In this document: piece by piece, positions 35,501 to 48,699 of the stretch
Layout of the letters: each line of letters starts with the position of its first letter
How positions within the stretch are numbered: the first letter of the stretch is position 1
Assembly (NCBI RefSeq): GCF_035084215.1
Contig: NW_027139559.1
Coordinates: 6,510,001 to 6,574,000, forward strand
Reading direction: 5' to 3'
DNA: 64,000 nt
DNA from: Heptranchias perlo
Taxonomy: Eukaryota
The notes under the pieces: model-generated
The model's database searches: none
The model's input: the letters and a program-made list of their open reading frames with translations, nothing else
What the model was told of the DNA's origin: nothing
Made by a program: the position numbers and the translations under genes

Positions 35501-36874
35501 AGAGTACGGTCTGTATTCTTTGAAACAACAAGAACATGAACAGTTTGAATTGATACAGCGGCTATATTACAGATGATGTCCGGAGCAGATGATGGAAACA
35601 GTCATGACGCTCTAGCGTGGGATTAGATAATTTTGGTGTTGGGTGGAAAATTTCAACTGTAGCTAGTAGTCCGACACACTAAACTTTCTAACAGTCTGAC
35701 CCTTGATGAGTGGGCGAAAGGTTGAAGTTTGGGAAGAGGGTAAATTTGGCGGGTGTGTATCGGGCGACCGAATGAATCAATACCAGTGAGGTGTGAAGGT
35801 TAAATGGTAAAGAGATAATTGGAGAATTCTGTCGAAATATATCAAATTATAAGATGTTTTGGCAATACTGATCTCTCATCTAGGAACTGTCACTTGCCTG
35901 TTTACTCTTGTTAAGATCTGCCGTCCTTATTACTGATATTGTTCTGAGTTTATCCATCTCCGTAAATGTTCCGCGATAATAAAAACACAGAAACATTTCG
36001 ATATCGTTGGCAGTGCAAGTGAGAGCGGTTCTTGGTGTGAAATTATCCCAAACACACATGTCAACTCCTGCTTGATTAGTGCAATATTTTTGGAGATTTT
36101 GCTCCGATATATTTTTTTTCATATTTCTGTTCCATGGGGAATATTGCTCCAAGTTATACATTCATTGTTCATTTTATAATGTGCTCGGTCAAAACCAACA
36201 CCGACAACAGCTTGCGTTTACAGAGCGTCCTGAACCGAGTAAAACGTCCCAAGGCGCTTCACCTGAACATTATCAAATAAAAATGTGAAACCGAGCCACA
36301 TAAGGATTAGGACATGTGATCAAAAGGATTTAAGGAGCGTCACCAAGCGAAACCCCGAATAGCAGCGGTCAAAGCGCATCACCACAGTCTCCAAACCAAG
36401 TCGCTCACCAACTCATTCTAAATGGCAAACCAGCTCATAAATCACAGCAAAAAACAAAACAAATCAAGACGTAACTTCAATCACTCCTCAGATACAGCAA
36501 AGTTCGAATAACATTGAGGAAGTAAACAAAGCAATGAAAACACTGAACTGTGGAAAGGCAGTTTCACTCAATGGTAGATTGAATGCATTATTACTGCACC
36601 TCGAGACAAGAGCACGGGAATGGCTAATTTACTTTTTCATGGAAACATAAAGAAACAGAACGAGGTTTGGGGCAGTGTTAGCGTTTAGGTGCAGCTCCTC
36701 GGGCCAGTTCCTCGATTCAATAAGATGCTGGCTGATCTGTATCTTAAATCCAGCTACCCGCATTTTCTGCATATCCCATGTGATACACATAACCAAGACA
36801 AATCTATCGATCTCAGGCTTGATAACTTCAATTGACCTCCAGCTTGCACAGCCATTGGGCTTGATTGTTGCAAA

Positions 36875-37125
36875 GAGACAATGCAGATATTCAGGGCTGT
36901 GGAGACAATCCAGGTATTCAGGGATGGGTGGAAAATGCAGATACTCAGGACTGTGGAGACAATGCAGATACTCAGGACTGTGCAGATAATGCAGATACTC
37001 AAGGTTGTGGAGATAATACAGATACTCAGGACGGTGTAGATAATGCAGATACTCAGGGCTGTGGAGAGAATGAAGGTACTCAGGGCTGTGGATGAAATGA
37101 AGATACTCAGAGTTGTGGAGACATA
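36875..37125. repeat. 27-bp minisatellite (AATGCAGATACTCAGGGCTGTGGAGAC)
   Basis: About 9 tandem copies. Confidence 0.9.
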
Positions 37126-37134
37126 GAGATTTTG

Positions 37135-37755
37135 TTTTATTCGTTCATGGGATGTGGCCGTCGCTGGCGAGGCCGGCATTTATTGCCCATCACTAATTGC
37201 CCTTGAGAAGGAGGTTGTGAGCCGCCTTCTTGAACCGCTACATTCCGTGTGGTGAAGGTTCTCCCACAGTGCTGTTAGGAAGGGATTTCCAGGATTTTGA
37301 CCCAGCGACGATGAAGGAACGGCGATATATTTCCAAGTCTGGATGGTTGTGACTTGGAGGGGAACGTGCAGGTCCTGTTGTTCCAATGTACCTGCTGGTC
37401 TTGTCCTTCTTGGTAGTAGAGTTCGCGGTTTTGGGAGGTGCTGTCGAAGAAGCCTTGGCGAGTTGCTGCAGTGCATCCTGTGGATGGTACACACTGCAGC
37501 CACTGTGCACCGGTGGTGAAGGGAGTGAATGTGTATGGTGGTGGATGGGGTGCAAATCTAGCGGGCTGCTTTGTCCTGGATGATGTCGAGTGTTGTTGGA
37601 GCTGCACTCATCCAGGCAAGTGGAGAGTATTCCATCACACTCCTGACTTGTGCCTTGTAGATTGTGGAAAGTCTTTGGGGAGTCAGGAGGTGAGTCACTC
37701 GCCGCAGGATACCCAGCGTTTGGCCTGCTCTTGTGGCCACAGTATTTATATGGTG
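37135..37755 (-). mobile_element. LINE 3' fragment (CR1-group family distinct from the main CR1s)
   Basis: RAGQTLGILRRV..LSTIYKAQVRSVMEYSPLAW...IQDKAAR, with a 3' end shared with 13940-14031. Confidence 0.85.
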
Positions 37756-38229
37756 GAATTCTGTACTGCAGTTTGTGGAATTCAGTATCACTTCATAATC
37801 TGACAGCACCCCAGTGAATGAATGCAGCTCACATTCTCATTTAGATCCGCATCACCCTGAGACATTTAATATAGAAAATAACTGGATTAAAAGAACATTT
37901 TAATGGCATTGAACACATGGGACAAGGAAGATGGAGGAAAGGAAGATCGTGATATTCTATTAATTACTGTCTCTGACAGGAAAGCAGCAAAAGAATCACT
38001 TCAGGCCAAACAGAGCAAATTTCCAGACCCAGAATGGGAGCAGTAATACAATGAGACAGGAATTTTTACACTCAGCAACTGGTTACAATGAATTGCAGGG
38101 AGCTATAATGGATACACGACACACATCAGAAATCATTTTACCTGTTGAGGTTTCAATAACACTGAAAATGGACATGCGATTAATTAAACTCTCATTTCAG
38201 TAATGATGACTTAAGGTGCTCGAGGCATA

Positions 38230-40930
38230 GGGCCAGAGGGACAGGATTAGACCATTCTGCCCTTCCAGCCTGCTCCGCCATTTATTTCGATCATTGCAGA
38301 TCTGTACCTTTAAGAAAAAAGCACAGAAGAAAGAAGGAGGGTCTCCTCGAGCCTGCTCCGCCTTTCAATAAGATCATGGCTGATCTTCGACCTCCACTTT
38401 CCCGCTCGATCCCCATATCCCTTGATTCCCTTAGAGTCAAATAATATATCGATCTCAGCCTTGAATATACTGAACGACTGAGCATCTACAGCCCTCTGTG
38501 GTCGAGAATTACAAAGATTCACAACCCTCTGAGTGAAGAAATTTTTGGTCCGCTCAGTCCTAAATGGCCGACCTCTTATCCTGAGAATATGATCCCTAGT
38601 TCGAGCCTCTCCAGCCAGGGGAAACATCTTCTCAGTATCTACCCTGTCAAGTCCGCGAAGAATTAAAAATGTTTCAATGAGATCACCCATTGTTCTTCTA
38701 AACTCCAGAGAATATAGGCCCATTCTACTCAATGTCTCCTCATAGCACACCCCTCTCAACTCAAGAATCAATCTACCCACCCTTTGTTGCGCCGCCTGGA
38801 AGGCAAGTATATCCCTCCTCAGTTAAGGAGATCAAAACTGTACGCAGTACTCAAGATGTGGCCCAGCTAGTGTACTATACAGTTCTAGCATAACCTCCCT
38901 GCTCTTATATTATCTGCCTCGGCTAAGAAAGAAATGTATCCCGTATGCCTTTTTAACAAACTTATCTACCTGTCCTGCGACCTGCAGGGATCTGTGGGCA
39001 TGTACTCCAAGGACCCTCTGTTCCTCTACACCACACAGTATCCTCCCATTTATTGTGTATTCCTCCGCCTTGTTTGTCCTCCCCAAATGCAATATCTCAA
39101 ACTTCTCCGGGTTGGATTCCATTTGCCACTTTCTTGCCCACCTGACCAGTCCATTGATATATTCCTGCAGTCTACAACTTTACCACTCAATATCAACCAC
39201 ACTAGCAATTTTTGAATCATCTGCAAACTTTTTAATCATGCCACCTGCATTTAAGTCTAAATTATTAATACATACCACAATAAGCAATGGAGCTCGTACT
39301 GAGCACTGCGGAACCCCACAGGAAACAACGTTCCAGTCACAAAAAAATACGTCGACTATTCCCCTTTGCTTCCTGCCACTGAGCCAATTTTGGATCCAAC
39401 TTGCCACTTTCTCTTGGATCCCATGGGCTTCCACTTTTCTAAATTTCCCTTCACAAATCCATGTTGACTAACCTTGATTAATCCGTGCATTTCTAAATGA
39501 CAATTAACACTGTCACTCAGAATTGTTTCCAATAATTTGCCGATCACCGTGGTTATGTTGACTGTCCTTTAATTAGTCGGTCAATCCCTTTCTCACCCTT
39601 TAAACAACGGTACAATAATGGAAGTCCTCCAATCCTCCGGCACCACGCCTGGAGCCAGGGAGAATTGCAAAATGAAATGCATCCCGTGCAGCCTCCGATA
39701 TTTCATTCCGTGCTTCTCTTAACACCATTGGGTACATTTCATCCGGGCCTGGCGATTTATCAACCTACAAAGTTGCTAAGCCCCTTAATATTTCCTCCTC
39801 CATTATGTTTACCCAATCCAATATTTCACATTCCTCCTGCTTAACAATGTCTGCATCGTCCCTCTCTTTTATGACGACAGACACAAAGTATTCATTAAGA
39901 ACCATACCCACACATTCTGCCTCCACACACAGTTTACCTTTTTAGTCTCCAATAGGTCCTACTCTTTCCTTCGTTATCCTCTTGATCTTTCTGCATTTAT
40001 GAAACTTTTTGGGGTTTTCTTGATTTAACTGGCCAGTGTTTTTTTCGTGCCTTCTCGTTGCTTTCTTAATTTCCTTTTTAATTTCAACCTTGCACTTTCG
40101 ATACTCCTTTCGGCTTTCTGCAGTACTGAGCTCTCGGCATCGAACATAAGCTTCCCTTTACTGTTTCAACCTACTCTGTGTGCTTTTTGACATCCAGGGG
40201 GCTCTCGATTTAGCAATCCCAACCTTTTTCTTTGTGGGAACATATCTGCTCTGAATCCCTCACTAACTCCCGCTTGAAAGCCTCCCACTGCTCTGGACAC
40301 TCATTTAACTTCAATGAGCCGTTTCCAGTCCACTTTTGTTAAATCACTTCTCAGCTGAGTAAAATTGGCTTTTCCCCTCGTTGAGAACTTTTGCTCCCGT
40401 TCTATCTTTGCCCTTTTCCATAACTATGCTAAAGCTAACTGAATTATGATCACTACCATCAAAATGGTCTCCCACTGATACTCTTACCATCCTCCCAGCT
40501 CCACTCACTAAAACTAAATCCTGAACTGCCCCCTCTCTTGCTGGAATTTCTACGTAGTGGCTACAAATGATCCCCTGAATGAATTTTATGAATTGTGCAC
40601 CCTCTGTATCTTTTACACTGATTCTATCCCAGTTAAGATTAGAGCAGCTGAAATCCCCGACTATTACTGCCCTATTTCATTTGAACTTCTCTGAAATTTG
40701 TCAACATATTTGCTATTCTATCTCCCTCTGACTGTTTGGAAGTCTATAATACACTCCCAGCAGTGTGACTGCCGCTTTTTTGTTCTTCAGCTCAACCCAT
40801 ATTGCCTCATTTGATGATCCTTTGATCATAACATCCCTCCTTACAGCTGTAATTGCTCTTTAACCAATATTGTCACCACCATCCTTTTTACCCCACTCCA
40901 TCTCGTCTGAATACGCTGTTGCCAGACCTC
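38230..40930 (-). mobile_element. Composite decayed CR1 LINE fragments (endonuclease to 3' UTR)
   Basis: GLYSLEFRR, KFADDSKI, GVPQCSV and QHGFVKG; an endonuclease-like remnant lies near 40400-40900. Confidence 0.88.
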
Positions 40931-40934
40931 ATTG

Positions 40935-42880
40935 TCCATCGATGTCTGGTCAGTATTCTGTTCCCAGCCCTCAATGTCTATCGATGCCCGGTCAGTATTC
41001 TTTTCCCATTCGACAATGTCTATAGATGTCCGGTCAGTATTCTGTTGTCAGCCCTCATTGTCCAAATGTCCGGTCAGTATTCTGTTCCCAGCCTTCAATT
41101 TCTATCGATGTCCGGGCAGTATTCTGTTCCCAGCCCTCACTCTCTATCGATGACCGGTCAGTATTCTGTTCCCAGCCTTCAATTTCTATCGATGTCCGGT
41201 CAGTATTCTGTTCCCATCCCTCACTCTCTATTGATGTCCGGTCAGTATTCTGTTCCCATCCCTCACTCTCTATTGATGTCCGGTCAGTATTCTGTTTCCA
41301 GCCCTCACTCTCTATTGATGTCAGATCAGTATTCTGCTCCCAGCCCTCACTCTCTATTGATGTCCGGTCAGTATTCTGTTCCCAGCCCTCACTCTCTATC
41401 GATATCCGGTCAGTATTCTGTTCCCAGCCCTCGCTGTCTATCGATGTCCGGTCAGTATTCTGTTCCCAGCCCTCACTCTCTATCGATATCCGGTCAGTAT
41501 TCTGTTCCCAGCCCTCACTCTCTATCGATATCCGGTCAGTATTCTGTTCCCAGCCCTCGCTGTCTATCGATGTCTGATCGTCAGTGTGTTCCCAGCTCTC
41601 ACTTTCAATCGATGTCCTTTCTGCAGCCTTTTCCCAGCCCTCACTCTCTATCGATGTCCGGTCAATATTCTGTTCCCAGCCCTCACTGTCTATCGATGTC
41701 CGGTCACTATCCTGTTCGCAACTCTCACTATCTATTGATGTCCGGTCAGTATTCTGCTCCCAGCGCACACTGTCTGTCGGTGACCAGTTAGTTTCCTGTT
41801 AACTGCCCTCCATGTCGATCGATACCCGATCATCAGCCTGTTCCCTGCCCTCGCTCTCTATCGACGTCTCGTCGTCAGTCAGTTCCCTTCCATCACTCCC
41901 AATCGATGTTTGGTCATCAGACTCGACCCTGCCCTCACTCTCAATCGATGTTCGGTCATCGGTCAGTTTCCAGCGCTCACTGTCGATCGATGTCCTGTCA
42001 TCAGTCTGTTCCCAGCCCTAACTCTCTATCGATGTCCGGTCAGTATTCTGTTCCCAGCTCTCACTCTCTATTCATGTCCGGTCAGTATTCTGTTCCCAGC
42101 TCTCACTCTCTATTCATGTCCGGTCAGTATTCTGTTCCCACCTCTGACTCTCTGTTCATGTCCGGTCATCGGCCCGTCCCCAGCTCTCTCTGTCTATTGA
42201 TATACTGTCATTAGCCGATCCCCAGCTCTCTCTGTCTATCGATATCCGGTCATCAGCCTGTCCGCAGCTTTCTCTGTCTATCGATATCCGGTCATCAGCC
42301 TGTCCCCAGCTCTCTCTGTCTAATGATATCCGGTCATCAGTCTGTTCACAGCCCTCACTGTCTTTCAATGTCCGGTCAGTGTTCTATTACCAACCCTCAC
42401 TGTCTATCGAGGTCCGGCCATCAACCTGTTCCCAGCCCTCATTTTCAATCGATATCAGGTCAGCAGTCTGTTACCAGCCCTCACTTTCTATCGATGTCCG
42501 GTCTGCAACCTGTTCCTAGCCCTCACTCTCCATCGATATTCGGTCATCAGCCTGTTCACAGCCCTCACTGCCCATCGATGTCCGGTCATCAGCCTGTTCG
42601 CTGCCCTCACTGCCCATCGATGTCCTGTCTGCACCCCGTTCCCTGTCCTCGCTGCCTATCGATGTCCGGTCTGTAGCCTGTTCGCAGTCCTCGCTGCCCA
42701 TCGATGTCCGGTCTGTAGCATGTTTCCTGCCCTCATTGTCTTTTGATGTCCGTTCTCCAGCCTGTTCCCAGTCCTCAATGTCTACCGATGTCCGGTCAGA
42801 AGACTGTTCTCAGCCCTCAATGTCTATCGATGTCTGGTCAACTGTTTGTTTCCTGCCCTCAATATCCCACTTTAATCCGG
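40935..42880. repeat. 42-bp minisatellite (GATGTCCGGTCAGTATTCTGTTCCCAGCCCTCACTCTCTATC)
   Basis: About 45 copies. The 14-aa periodic ORFs on both strands are repeat artefacts. Confidence 0.95.
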
Positions 42881-43243
42881 TAACCACAGTTTGAAGAGTA
42901 CCCCACATCCCAGAATTGAGTAGAACAGCCCTGAGAAGGACACTCTAACATTTGAAATTTAATTACTGAATGAACACAGCTGAGTGAAGGACCTCACCAA
43001 AACAATATGAGATCGAGATGAAGGAACACCATCATTGCTCTCAGAATACAGCTAATAATTTTCATTAGTTAATTAATATTATCAAAATTGTGCAGTCTTT
43101 GGGTTTTCCAATTCAATCCCAGCACGAAATGTATTCTCTCACAATAGGGACTGAGATCGGCTGTAGCAACCTGTTTGTTCAGATAAGTAAAACTAATTTG
43201 AACGATGCTGCAACCTCAAGTCCCCACTGAATATACCACAGGA

Positions 43244-43253
43244 TATAAATTAA
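43244..43253 (+). promoter_or_regulatory. Putative TATA box of GPCR B
   Basis: TATAAATTAA about 90 bp upstream of the ATG at 43336. Confidence 0.5.
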
Positions 43254-43335
43254 AGGCTCTGGGAAAGTATCGCCTCAGAGTTTAAATCAAAGAGATTGCC
43301 TGCAGCACGAAGGGACAGATTACTTCACACTGAAA

Positions 43336-43402
43336 ATGGGTGCAACACTTTACAGCGTCGAGAAAATATACTACATGATCCTTGCCGTCATTGGTGTGCC
43401 TG
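43336..43402 (+). CDS. Exon 1 of orphan GPCR B (joins 53724-54634)
   Basis: AAAATGG start context, hand-translated MGATLYSVEKIYYMILAVIGVP-G and a GTAAGC donor at 43403. Phase 1 fits the acceptor at 53723 (G+TG = Val). Confidence 0.88.
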
Positions 43403-43699
43403 GTAAGCGAATATCACCATTTAAGTTGTGTGAATCTCTGAGTGAGCTGTCCTCTGGTTTTACTCTGTAATTGATAAAGTTATATGCTGGTCGAGTGGTG
43501 AGCATTACACAGTTAGCGGTACAGTGATATCATTTCAATAAATCAGATGTCATATTTGTTCACGATCCTTACCTTATCTCAATATAAATATTTCAGCTGA
43601 AGTCTCATGGTTAAGTTACAGGATCAAATTATTACCTTCAGTGGATGGTTGTGGAAATTTGAAGCTGCATTCAGTGCTGTCAAATGTCCGGGGATGTTT

Positions 43700-44225
43700 A
43701 TTACTGGGAGCGTCTGTCACTGCAGAATTTTACTGAGTGTGGGTCACTAACTGGAGTGGAACACCTGACCCCAGTGACCAATTATTACTGGGAATGTGTG
43801 TCAGTGTAGAATTGTACTGAGTGTGGGTCACTAATCGGAGTGGGACACCTGACCCCAGTGACCATTTATTACTGGGAATGTGTGTCAGTGTAGAATTGTA
43901 CTGAGTGTGGGTCACTAACCGGAGTGGAACAACTGACCCCAGTGATCATTTATTACTGGGAGTATCTGTCAGTGTAGAATTGTACTGAGTATGAGTCACT
44001 AACCGGAGTGGAACAACTGACCCCAGTGATCATTTATTACTAGGAGTGTGTGTCAGTGTATAATTGTACTGAGTGTGGGTCATTAACCGGAGTGGGAGAC
44101 CTGACCCCAATGACCATGTATTACTGGGAGTATCTGTCAGTGTACAATTATACTGACTGTGGGTCATTAACCGGAGTGGGAGACCTGACCCCAGTGATCA
44201 TTTATTACTATGAATATCTGTCAAC
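43700..44225. repeat. 84-bp minisatellite with an internal GGTCACT/AGTGACC inverted pair
   Basis: About 6 copies; period measured from 43787 to 43871. Confidence 0.9.
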
Positions 44226-44954
44226 TGTTTATCAATGTTGGTCCTAAGAAACACTTCCTCGTGTCAATACTAAAGTTCCCCGATGATACTCCTGATTCTG
44301 ATTCCTCTGGTCTTGAAGCATTGATGCATCTGTGAATTTTGTCCTCACTTTCCTTCTCCCTCGATTTATCTGATCTGGTGCTGCTCGGTCGCATCTGTGA
44401 TGCCTAATTTTGAGCCTGAAGAGACTGCCAAACTATGTCTGTATTTCACTCAGTGATCTAGGGAGGGTGCAGACTTAGATTGGGTATTAATTCCTCCTTT
44501 CTCAGAAATAATCCTCGAGTCATACCTGGACCTCCAATATTCACTATCATTCCGCTGCCTTCATTTAACCTCCTATTGAGCTTCAGTATGAATGATGTTG
44601 TTTTATTGCCTAGAATTACATCGAATCTACAGCGCAGGGACAGACGATTCGGCCCAAGAAATCCATGCCGGTGTTTATAATCCACACGAGCATCTTCCCT
44701 TCCTATTTCATCTCACCCGATCAGCATATCCTTCTATTCATTTCTCCCATATGTGTTCATTTAGCTTCCGCTTAAATACATCTATTCTAGTCGCCTCAAC
44801 GACTCCAATCTGCCATATTGCGGTCTACACACAATCCTTTCAAAATCCTGAAATCAGACCAACCAGAAGCAACAGGCCAAGGTAAACCTGTCAAATTTCT
44901 GCCTAGTCTCGGTAATGAGATAAACTGTCTGAACACAAGTACACTTTTACACTT

Positions 44955-45575
44955 GCACGCTAACCAGTCACACGCTAACCATTCACACCCTAACTAGTCA
45001 CACGCTAACCAGTCACAGTCTAAACATTCACACGCTGACCTGTCACACGCTAACTAGTCACACGCTAACCATTCGCACGCTAACCAGTCACACGCTAACC
45101 AGTCACGCCCTAACCAGACACACGTTATCCAGTCACAGCCTAACCATTCACACGCTGACCTGTCACACGCTAACTAGTCACACGCTAACCATTCGCACGC
45201 TAACCAGTCACACGCTAACCAGTCACGCCCTAACCAGACACACGTTATCCAGTCACAGCCTAACCATTCACACGCTAACCTGTCACACGCTAACCTGTCA
45301 CACCCTAACCATTCACACGCTAACCTGTCACACGCTAACCAGTCACAAAATAACCAGTCAAATGCGAACCAGTCACAACCTAATCATTCACACGCTAATC
45401 AGTCACACGCTTACCAGTCATCAGCTAACCAGTCATAGCCTAACCATTCACACGCTAACCTGTCACACGCTAAACAGTCACACCTGAACCAGTCACAATC
45501 TTAACCAGTCACACCCCAACCGGTCACAACGTAACTAGTCATATTCTAACCAGTCACATTCTAACCAGAAACATT
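44955..45575. repeat. 15-bp minisatellite (CACGCTAACCAGTCA)
   Basis: About 40 copies with a higher-order block repeat. Confidence 0.93.
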
Positions 45576-45639
45576 CACACATCACTCATCTCCATCCAGC
45601 TTCATAGAATCAAAGTGAATACAAACCTGATCAAGGCGC

Positions 45640-47570
45640 AGAATCCCAAAGACCAAGCCCCTTCCCATTAAGTCCAACTGTACAGAACCACAATGAACAA
45701 ACCCCTTCCCATTAACTCCCATTGTACAAAATCCCAAATGAACAAACTCCTTCCCATTCACTACCGCTGTAGAAAATCACAGTGAACAAACCCCTTCCCA
45801 TTAATTCCCACCGTACACAATCCCAATGAACAAACCGCTTCCCATTCGCTCCCACTGTAGAGAATCGCAATAATTAAACACCTTCCCATTCACTCCCACT
45901 GTACAGAATCACAATGGCACAAACCCGTTCCCTTTCACTTCCACTGTGCAGAATCATAATGCAACAAACCCCTTTCACATTCACTCGTACTGTACAGAAT
46001 CCTAATGACCAATCACCTTCACATTCACTCGTACTGTACAGAATCCCAATGACCAAACCCCTTCCCATTCACTCCCACTGTACAGAATCACAATAACACA
46101 ACATCTTCCTATTCACTCCCATTGTACAGGATCACAAAGGACCAAACCCCTTCTCATTCACTCGAATTGTACAAAATCCCAATGACCAAACTCCTTCCCA
46201 CTCAATCCCACTGTACAAAATCAAAATGACCAAACATCTTCAAATTCACTCCCATTCTATATATTCCCAATGAACAAACCCCTTCCCATTCACTTCCACT
46301 GTACAGAATCCGAAAGGACCAAACCCCTTTCCATTCATTCCCACTGTACAGAATCCCAATGACCAAAACCGCTTCCCATTTGCTGCCACTATACAGAATG
46401 CAAATGATCAAATCCCTTCCCATTCACTCCCACTGTACAGAATTACAAAGACCTAACACCTTCTGATTAACTCCCAATGTAGAGGATCCCAATGACCAAA
46501 CCCCTTCCCATTCACTCCCACTTTACAAAATCCCAATGTCCTAACCCCTTCCCATTCCCTCAAACTGATCAAAATCCCAATGACCAAACATCTTCCCATT
46601 CATTCCCACTGTACAGGATCCCAACGAACCAAACCACTTCCCATTCACTCCCACTGTACAGGATCCCAAAGGACCAAACCACTTCCCACTCACTCCCACT
46701 GTACAGAATCACAAAGGACCAGCCCCTTCCCATTCACTCCCAATGTACATACTGTCAATGACCAAACCACTTCCCATTCACTCCCGCTGACCAGAATCCC
46801 AATGGGACAAACCCCTTCCCATTCATTCGCACTGCACAGAATCGCAATGACACAAAACCTTCCCATTCACTCCCACTGTGTAGTATCCCAAAGGAACAAA
46901 CCCATTCCAAATCAGTCCCACTCTAACGAATCTCAATCGACCAAACGCCTTCCCATTCACTCCCACTGCACAGGATCCCAACGAACCAAACCACTTCCCA
47001 TTCACTCCCACTGTACAGGATCCCAAAGGACCAAACCACTTCCCACTCACTCCCACTGTACAGAATCACAAAGGACCAGCCCCTTCCCATTCACTCCCAA
47101 TGTACATACTGTCAATGACCAAACCACTTCCCATTCACTCCCGCTGACCAGAATCCCAATGGGCCAAGCGCCTTCCCATTCACTCGTACTTCCCATTCTC
47201 TTCCACTGTAAAACATTCCAATTACCAAACATCTTCACATTCACTCCCACTGTACAGAATCCCAAAGGACCAAACCCCTTCCCATTCGCTCCCACTCTAC
47301 AGAATCCCAATAACCAAACCCCTTCATATTCACTCCCAATATACAGAATCCAAATATGTCAATCCACTTCCCATTGACTCGCAATGTCCAGAATCCCAAT
47401 GTGTCAAACCCCTTACCATTCACTCTCTTTGAACTGAAAGTCAATGGACCAAAGCGCTTCCCACTCACTCCATTATATGGGATACCAATGAGTGAACCCT
47501 CTTCCCATTCACTCTCGATGGACTAAACCCACTCCATTCAATGCATTGCACAGATTCCCAATGGCATCAG
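45640..47570. repeat. ~43-bp minisatellite (CCCTTCCCATTCACTCCCACTGTACAGAATCCCAATGACCAAAC)
   Basis: About 45 copies. The block at 46591-46806 is repeated at about 46950-47163. Confidence 0.95.
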
Positions 47571-48109
47571 AATATCAATTGAACTGCACCAGCTGAAACT
47601 AATGTTAACTATTTACTAACAGATAGAAAGCAGGACAGCAGTTTTACAGTATTCAAAGTTTGTTTATAATGACTTATTCTTTCTCAATGTATAGTTACTG
47701 CAAACACTTTAGTTGTGTTGGTGCTGATTAGTCCCTTTGCCCCGATGCGGCCCTGACAGTTTGTGGGTCATGACTGTTCAAATTTATGACCTTGCTTTTC
47801 CACAGGCTGAATGTTGGTCTGTGGTTATTGATTCGCCCACTCGTGTAACTGATCAAGGTTTAATCAACCAGTTCTTATACTTGATTCAGAGTCTCAGCAC
47901 ATGCAACCTACACCGATCCATGCCCTTAGCTCAGTGAGGTCTGTTCCTGTGAGGAGAGACACGTATTACTGAAGAACAAACATATTGGGTTTCCATAATA
48001 CAGAGATCTGTCGGGGGCAGTAAATAATAAATTAGTAAACTCTTCATAGTTAAATAAATAGTGCACTGCTTCAATAAATTAATCACTTCAATATCTGCAA
48101 CATTATAAA

Positions 48110-48540
48110 ATGACTGGTGACTGTGATCAACTAATACTCATGGTGTTTAATGACAGGTGACTGTGATTAACTAATACTCATATTGTTTAATGACTGGTGA
48201 CTGTGATTATCTAATATTCATGTTGTACAATGACCGGTGACTGTGATTAACTAATACTCATGTTGTTTAATGACTGGTTACTGTGATTAACTAATACTTA
48301 TGTTGTTTAATGACAGGTGACTGTGATTAAATAATACTCATATTGTTTAATGACTGGTGACTAATTAACCAATATGCATGTTGTTTAATGACTGGTGACT
48401 GTGATTAACTAATACTTATGTAGCTTAATGACAGGTGACTGTGATTAACTAATACTCATGCTGTTTAATGACAGGAGACTGTAATTAACTAATACTCATG
48501 TTAGTTAATCACAGTCAGCAGTCATTAAACAATACTCATG
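48110..48540. repeat. 40-bp minisatellite (TGACTGGTGACTGTGATTAACTAATACTCATGTTGTTTAA) ending in an inverted unit
   Basis: About 10 direct copies; 48501-48531 is a reverse-complement copy. Confidence 0.92.
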
Positions 48541-48699
48541 ATGTTAAATCAAATTGTTAAATTATTATTTGAGATTGCTCAGTTGCTCTCGTCTCAGATC
48601 TCTCGCCCTTTTTCTGGATCTGAATCTTCATCCATTGTTTCGTTCTGACCCGACGCTCCGAGGACATACGACACTTCGTTCCAGATTTTCATTTTAAAA

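Noticed and set aside
40853-42701. Long ORFs (312, 237 and 183 aa) on both strands
   Set aside because: These are translations of a 42-bp tandem repeat that stays open in several frames, with no splice or domain evidence.
46580-47377. 265-aa His/Cys-rich ORF resembling a metal-binding protein
   Set aside because: It is a product of the ~43-bp minisatellite, and the spacing does not match zinc fingers.
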